Below are positions 58,777 to 64,000 of a stretch of DNA of 64,000 nucleotides, piece after piece. The position numbers were made by a program, and so were the translations under genes. Origin of the DNA: an uncultured bacterium (GTDB lineage: Bacteria > Chloroflexota > UBA5177 > JANWHV01); contig CAVSOU010000004.1 in NCBI GenBank assembly GCA_963729625.1, positions 16,550 to 80,549 of the forward strand, read 5' to 3'. Below the pieces are notes generated by a model. The model was not told where the DNA came from and made no database searches. It saw only the letters and a list, made by a program, of their open reading frames with translations. Numbering within the stretch: position 1 is the stretch's first letter; each line of letters starts with the position of its first letter.

Positions 58777-59190
58777 ACTACTCTCCTTCGCTGATAGCTG
58801 CTCCGCCTGATGTTGCGCGCTCAAGTTCGCGGTGCTGGGATGGAGGATCAGTTCGGCGCGTGGACCTTTGTGCAGCTTGACGATGTATACAGCGTCTGCT
58901 CCCCGCCCTTCCCCGACGTGCCGCAGGTGGCCAGTCCGGATGGCTTCTTCAGTTGCCGGCAACATTTCGGCAAGTACAGCTGGCACATGCACGAACCTCT
59001 CCGCGCCCATGAACACTGGCGTGTCACGATGTAGGTTTTGGGCTGGCGGGCTAGCCAGGGTGGACGGCAGCGCTCTCCGGCCGGGTCCGCAGCACTGGCT
59101 GCGGCGAGAAGAGGCGACAGCCGACAGACCTGGCAGAAGGGGCGGTCGTGCAGGCCGCATAAGCGTGCGCTCTCGTCCAGGTGGAGGGGT

Positions 59191-60333
59191 CTAGCCGATA
59201 GTCATCACCCCATCCCCGTCGGAAAGAGTGAAGCCCTTCAAATCGCCACCGAGCACTGCGACGTGTCTGCGCACGCGGCCGGCGTCGTCCAGCGAGCGGG
59301 TGTAGACGCCCCAACCGGCCGCACAAGTGAACAGCACCCCGAAACTGCTCGGTTCGAGAGCCGGCTTGAACCGCAGCGTCCTCTGCTCGACATCGCATGT
59401 GAAGCCGCTGAGCGCCGGCAACAGGGCCCAGCTTGCCATGGAGCGCGCATACTAATGCCCACATTCGACCTCATCCCAGGGATTCCGCCGGCGACCGTCG
59501 TACCGATCCCGGACCGCCTTGACCAGCTCAATGCCCGCTTGGACAGCGCCCTCGTAAATGAGGTGCGAGGCAACCTGATATTCCGTGCCGCTCCACACTT
59601 CGTCCGAGTAGACGAAGGGTAAGCGCGGCTGGCCGCGAGGCGGCCAGCTGCAGAGCAAGAGCCCGGACTCGTCAGGCATGACATAGGTGCGCTGCAGGTT
59701 GACGTAGCTGCCCATTGGCTGCCGGAAGTTGTGGCGCCAGACAGAGTCGAGCGCGGCGCGCACGTGCTCCGGTGCTACCAGGTGCCCAAGCCCCGAGATA
59801 TGCGCGAGCTGCTGTCCCAGCAGCTGATCGGACAGACAGCCGTCACCAAATTGGTAGGGATGTGCATCCACATCGTCGAGCACCTGATGAAAGTACTCGC
59901 CGTTCCAGAGCACTTCCTCCACACGTGCCGCAGACTTCCTGGCCAGCTTCGCGTACCGCTCTGCGGCTTCGCCGTCGCAGAGCCGCTCGGCCATGGCGGC
60001 CGCCGCCTTGAGCGCGCCCACTATCATGAAGGCTGTCAGGGGATTCGGACCGAAGAACTCGATGTCATAGGTGTTGTGCTGTTGTCCGTCAGGAAGGCCG
60101 TCTTCATCCGTGTCCCAGGTTCTTGACGCATAGGCAAGAGTCTTTTGCACGTTGGGCCAGAGATCACTCAGTAGCTGCCGGTCACCGGTCAACAGAAACG
60201 CGCGCCACAGCCGGATCACCATGCCTAGCTGGCTATCGGCCGCAGCTTGAGAGAGTGGGAAGGCGCCGCCAAAGGCGGCCTCGGTGCGAAATCGCATCAT
60301 GCCGCGCGCATCGACCTCATCGAGGAAGGCGGT
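59191..60333 (-). pseudogene. Second GH116, C-terminal half only, in-frame TAG at 59452-59454
   Basis: TAFLDEV, QHNTYDIEF, CLSDQLLGQ, YSDEVWSG, VECGH*YARSMASW. Confidence 0.88.
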
Positions 60334-60654
60334 CCCACCGCAGCGCTCCCAGGCGTCGCGCGCCCCGAGGATGTGGTGGGTCTCGACGAACGCATGGCCA
60401 TCCCATACCTCAAGCCAGGCAGCGTCGTGATTGCTGCGCAGGAAGATACAATGGCACGTTTCTGCCAACTGACGCAGCGCGAGCACCGTACCGACCGAAT
60501 CCTCGCCCCGATCGACGTAGTCACCCGTGAACACCAACGTGTCCGCCGGTGTCGGTTGGAGCGCGGTCAGCAGCTTGGCCAGAAGGCGTGTCTCACCGTG
60601 CAAGTCTCCCACTGCATAAGTGTAGGCGCGGTGGTATGGCGAGGTCTCTGTCAT
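60334..60654 (-). pseudogene. Metallophosphoesterase (PrpA/ApaH-like) N-terminal half, fused in frame to the GH116 fragment
   Basis: AVGDLHG, GDYVDRG, LRSNHD. Confidence 0.82.
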
Positions 60655-60681
60655 CGCTAACCGCTTCCCACACAGCGGGGC

Positions 60682-60919
60682 TGCACCGCCGCCGAGAGCA
60701 CCTCCTCCGCCCGCCGGTCCGCCTCCTGCACCATCCCTGCCGGCACCCGAGCCAGCACAAGCAAGAGCACCAGCGATGCCTGGATGGCGGCGACGCTGCC
60801 GGGATCGCCGTGCACCCGCAACAGGTGGCGCACCCGGCACAACTCGGCCCGCCGCTCGATCCGCGTCAGCGCATCGACGCCGAGAGCGTCGAGCAGCCGG
60901 CGGAACGCCGGGTTGCCAT
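60682..60919 (+). repeat. About 238-bp diverged direct repeat, copy 2
   Basis: Matches 32710-32947; similarity stops at the intron 3' end. Confidence 0.9.
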
Positions 60920-60996
60920 GAATGGGTGGGCGAACGGCGTTGCCGCCGTCCGCCTCCCTGCAAAACCGGACGTAACGCTTTCACGTTATCCGGCTC
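60920..60996 (-). ncRNA. Group II intron domains V and VI (3' end)
   Basis: Minus strand GAGCCGGATAACGTGAAAGCGTTACGTCCGGTTTT (DV: AGC triad, GAAA loop), then GGGAGGCGGACGGCGGCAACGCCGTTCGCCCACCCAT (DVI). Confidence 0.9.
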
Positions 60997-61039
60997 CTCG
61001 GTAGTGCGGTCCTCGTCAGGGATACCTGCCGTCCCAGCG

Positions 61040-61400
61040 TCACTCCTCAAGAGCGTCGGACACGGCGGTCCTTGCCCTTCCAGGGTCTTCCTGGGCGGTC
61101 TTCTGGTCGTGGCAATGATTGTGGAGTGCCTGTTTGTTCTCGAGCCCATCGTGGCCGTTAGCTGCCTTGGCTACGATGTGGTCGATGTCGATGTGGTCCT
61201 CCATGCAGAAGGTGAGTCCGCAGCGCGGGCATTTGCCACTCTGAGCGACGAGTAGGCTCGCGAGCGCACTCCTCGTGAGAGGGTGATTCTTGAGTCTCAT
61301 CGCCCAGTAGGGGAGGTTGCCGTCGAAGGGTGAGGATTTCCCTTGTACGACGTGATACGGCTGCCACGGCCCAGCCCTGCAGTGGGCACCGAGTCGGCTG
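61040..61400 (-). pseudogene. C-terminal (X/D/HNH) fragment of a group II intron-encoded RT/maturase
   Basis: VQGKSSPFDGNLPYW, QSGKCPRCG, IDHIV, NKQALHNHCHDQKT; directly upstream of DV. Confidence 0.85.
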
Positions 61401-61487
61401 CTGTTGTCCAATGCCAGAGCTTCGGTGTGGCTTCGCCATGCGTCATCGTGGCCTCGGGCCGTCCATCCGCCACCACCATCTCACACG

Positions 61488-61526
61488 CAAAGAAGCGGAC
61501 AGAGTCTGAACGACTCTGTCCGCTTC
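61488..61526 (-). terminator. Intrinsic terminator after the DUF5666 gene
   Basis: 15-bp perfect stem GAAGCGGACAGAGTC/GACTCTGTCCGCTTC followed by TTT on the minus strand. Confidence 0.75.
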
Positions 61527-61552
61527 GACCGCTACGGGTCGGCCCGGTGTGG

Positions 61553-62671
61553 CTAGGCGCTGGATCCGGGCGTCGCCGTTGGGCTCGGGATCGCAGGGGC
61601 TCCGGCGGCCGGTGCCTTGCGCCCTGGGAAGTGCCCGCTTCGTCCACGGTTATTGGAACCGGCCGGGACGACGGTGATGCGCAGTGCGCCCAAGGTCTTG
61701 CCGTCGGCACTCAGCGTGCCTTCAGCGGTGATGTAGGTTCCCGTGGTGATGGTCGATGGCTGCACGGCAGCGCCCGAGGCATCGACGTAGGCCGTGCTGG
61801 AGGACGTGGTAACCGTTTCGGCGCCGGATCCTACCCGGCCCGTGATGGTATAGGTGCCGCTCTGCACTAGCGTCACCTGGCCCATCAGGCGGGGTGTCTG
61901 GATAGTGACGAGCAGCGCGCTGAGAGAACCGTCCGCATTGGTGGTACCCTCGGCCTGGATGGCGGTGCCGCTAGCCACATTCGACAGGGATGCAGTCTGG
62001 CCAGCCTCCTGGTAGCGGGTGCTGCCGCTCACCGTCACGACCTGCGAGCGTCCGTCAAACCCGGTGAGGTTCAGCGTGGCGCCGTTGACCGCGGTGACCA
62101 CACCGCACTCCGAAGGCAGGATGACCTCAATGCTGGTAGCGGTGATCGCGGTGCGCGTTGCACCCGTGCCGCGTACGGCGATCTGAGAGCCCTGCTGAAT
62201 GTCAGCCAGTGTGGCCGGCGCGCCTGCCATGGTGTACACGGTAGTGCTGGTCGCGGTGATGGTGATGGTCTGTGTGCCGCGGACCGTCGCGGTCATCGTG
62301 TCCCCGCTCACGCCGGAGACCGTGAATCCCCCACCAAACCGGCCTGCCATGGGACCGAATCCCTGGCCGGGCCTACCCATACCACCAGGTCCTCCGCTGC
62401 CACCAGGTCCCTGGTCTCCCCTAAATCCCTGCTTCGCGCCGGGCACTGGCGCCGTCTGGGCGATGCTTGACACCTGCATCGCGGCCACGCCACTGCTCGA
62501 ACGCGCATTGGCAACAGAGCCTTGCCCACCCCGGGCAACGGTCAGGCCGCCGGCGACGAGTCCGCCGACGAGCAGAGACGCTCCCGCCAGACGCCACATG
62601 GGTCGTTTGGATTTGCTGGGAGGCGCTATTAGCGCTTCCGGCTGTACCTGTGTGTCGTCACGAGGCTCCAT
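61553..62671 (-). CDS. Membrane-anchored DUF5666-like repeat protein
   Basis: TM helix, Gly-rich linker, three OB-like repeats (TVSGSTRY..SLSNVASGTAIQAEGT..LSALLVTI). Confidence 0.82.
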   Translation of the reverse strand: MEPRDDTQVQPEALIAPPSKSKRPMWRLAGASLLVGGLVAGGLTVARGGQGSVANARSSSGVAAMQVSSIAQTAPVPGAKQGFRGDQGPGGSGGPGGMGRPGQGFGPMAGRFGGGFTVSGVSGDTMTATVRGTQTITITATSTTVYTMAGAPATLADIQQGSQIAVRGTGATRTAITATSIEVILPSECGVVTAVNGATLNLTGFDGRSQVVTVSGSTRYQEAGQTASLSNVASGTAIQAEGTTNADGSLSALLVTIQTPRLMGQVTLVQSGTYTITGRVGSGAETVTTSSSTAYVDASGAAVQPSTITTGTYITAEGTLSADGKTLGALRITVVPAGSNNRGRSGHFPGRKAPAAGAPAIPSPTATPGSSA

Positions 62672-62742
62672 GCTGATTCTGTCCTTCTCTGTACTTCGCG
62701 CGCGGTCCACGCCGGCTTCGATGCCTTCTCAGACACAATTGG

Positions 62743-62796
62743 ATAGTAGAGTGTCAGGATGCGCGCCCCGTGACAGGAACGTGACGCGGATGTGAC
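62743..62796 (-). promoter_or_regulatory. GTCAC x3 at 11-bp spacing upstream of a TACTAT -10 (OmpR/PhoB-type box)
   Basis: gtgac at 62770, 62781, 62792; atagta at 62743-62748. Confidence 0.55.
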
Positions 62797-62935
62797 CGCT
62801 ACCTAAGAGTTAGGTAAGCAAGGAAGCGGACGCGGCCGGCTGACGAGCTTGCGCTCCAGTCCCATGGAGCGGATCCCGACCTGTGTCACTGCGAGACTGG
62901 CCAGCCGCGCGCCAGGTGGCTGTCTCGGGTCACCG

Positions 62936-63697
62936 CTAGGCCCGAAGATCGTCGTCGCGGGCAGCCGCGGCCGGGTGCGCGTGCGCACGGTCCTCACCGG
63001 GAGCTGCGCTCTTCTTCAGCCGGTATATCCCTGTCGTCCCACCGGCCGCCACGCGTGAGTCGGCGACGTGGAGGCGCGCAGCCTCAAACAGCGGGAGCAG
63101 GCCGCGATGGGCGAGAAAATGCCGGTAGTTCGCGAAGTGCTGGCGACCGCCAATGATTAGCTCGAGCGCCAGGATGAGGCCCTCGTAGAGCCACCCGGTC
63201 GGGAAGGCATACGGTGGGCAGCCGAAGTCGGCGACGACGATCGCGCCGTCTTCACGGACGACGCGGCTGCACTCCACGAGCACGGGCCGGCGCAACCGTG
63301 CGGGCAGCTCGTGCAGGACAAGGACGACGTTGACCAGGTCGAAGGTGTCGTCGGCAAAGCTGGTCTGCGCCGCGCCCTCCAGGCGCAGATCCGCCGCCGG
63401 GCCCAGCTTCCGCCTGGCCGCCGCGAGCATGGTGGACGACGTGTCCACTCCGCAGACGTCGCAGCCGGCCTGCTGGTAGACGGCCAGCTGGGTGCCCGTG
63501 CCACAGCCCATGTCGAGGACACGCAGCCCCGGTCGGGGTGGATACAGCGCATAACCGATCTGTCGGTTCCTGCCGGCAGCGGGTTCGACGAGCCGGTCGT
63601 ACCAGCGTCCCACCTTCCTGTACGCATCGCGCTCTGATGCGGACGGAGGCCGGGATGCTGGCGGTGTTGCGGCAGCCGTCGGACGTGACCTTCTCAC
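62936..63697 (-). CDS. Class I SAM-dependent methyltransferase (UbiE-like)
   Basis: RVLDMGCGTG, GVDTSSTML, FADDTFD, LHELP; GTG start with GGGAGA RBS (start uncertain). Confidence 0.85.
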   Translation of the reverse strand: MRRSRPTAAATPPASRPPSASERDAYRKVGRWYDRLVEPAAGRNRQIGYALYPPRPGLRVLDMGCGTGTQLAVYQQAGCDVCGVDTSSTMLAAARRKLGPAADLRLEGAAQTSFADDTFDLVNVVLVLHELPARLRRPVLVECSRVVREDGAIVVADFGCPPYAFPTGWLYEGLILALELIIGGRQHFANYRHFLAHRGLLPLFEAARLHVADSRVAAGGTTGIYRLKKSAAPGEDRAHAHPAAAARDDDLRA

Positions 63698-64000
63698 GGC
63701 GTTTCTCCCGAGTCTGTCCGCAAGGCTGTGCGCTCTCGCCGGCTGCAAGACGTGCACCGGATCGCGAGCGCCGCGTGCGTGCCTGACTCTGTGACTACTG
63801 TAGGTCTCCGACCTCAGCAGTGCAACAGCGGCCAGGAGCACGCCGGCCACAGCGCGTGGTGGCAGCTCGGTACGCGCGCATGACCTGCCCTATCCGCAGT
63901 TCACGACTGCATGGACATGCGCTCCGTTTGCTCTGTTTGGGTGACCAAGAAGCTCGTACTAGGTGCTCTTGCTGGCGAACTATCCTTGCGTGGCCGGGGC

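Noticed and set aside
23930-59454. TAG recoding or amber readthrough, suggested by three in-frame TAGs (MazG, LuxR, GH116 copy)
   Set aside because: Many intact genes end at TAG at their natural C-termini (2049, 4257, 14016), and two of the three affected genes have other lesions.
59452-61149. 565-aa ORF as a single gene
   Set aside because: An accidental read-through across the intron tail, a repeat, the phosphatase fragment and the GH116 fragment.
42590-61400. The two intron remnants as ends of one intron
   Set aside because: On the minus strand the 3' piece (61.4-60.9 kb) precedes the 5' piece (42.86 kb), which is the wrong order.
1-64000. CRISPR array or cas genes
   Set aside because: No regularly spaced 23-47-bp repeats or Cas motifs seen by eye.

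Overview
High-GC bacterial accessory region. The gene repertoire resembles soil Chloroflexota or related Terrabacteria (inference only). From left to right: (1) a glycoside-utilisation cluster (DUF5054-like, HAD phosphatase, TIM-barrel isomerase/lyase, Gfo/Idh/MocA, GH116). (2) A ~14.2 kb block bracketed by 179-bp direct repeats. It carries a SARP/BTAD activator, an 11-bp-phased operator-like array, two giant uncharacterised proteins (1623 aa with a Tat signal; 1369 aa with no signal), a secreted PKD/Pro-Thr/catalytically dead HtrA-like protein, and a mazEF-type TA pair. This is the best candidate for an undescribed system. (3) A defence islet (decayed HNH and MazG; intact McrB-like GTPase with EVE-type reader plus DUF2357/PD-(D/E)XK nuclease). 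It ends in resolvase and integrase remnants at a tRNA-Gly(CCC) 3'-half att site with arm-type repeats on both sides. (4) A patchwork of metabolic, transport and regulatory genes (DLH, AmrS, 2OG-Fe(II) oxygenase, methyltransferases, MFS, ADH, nitroreductase, USP, MarR, SWIM+SNF2, DUF5666), with many pseudogenes, two group II intron remnants and a serine-recombinase remnant. No rRNA, intact tRNA or CRISPR array seen. Family names come from motif recognition, not database searches.
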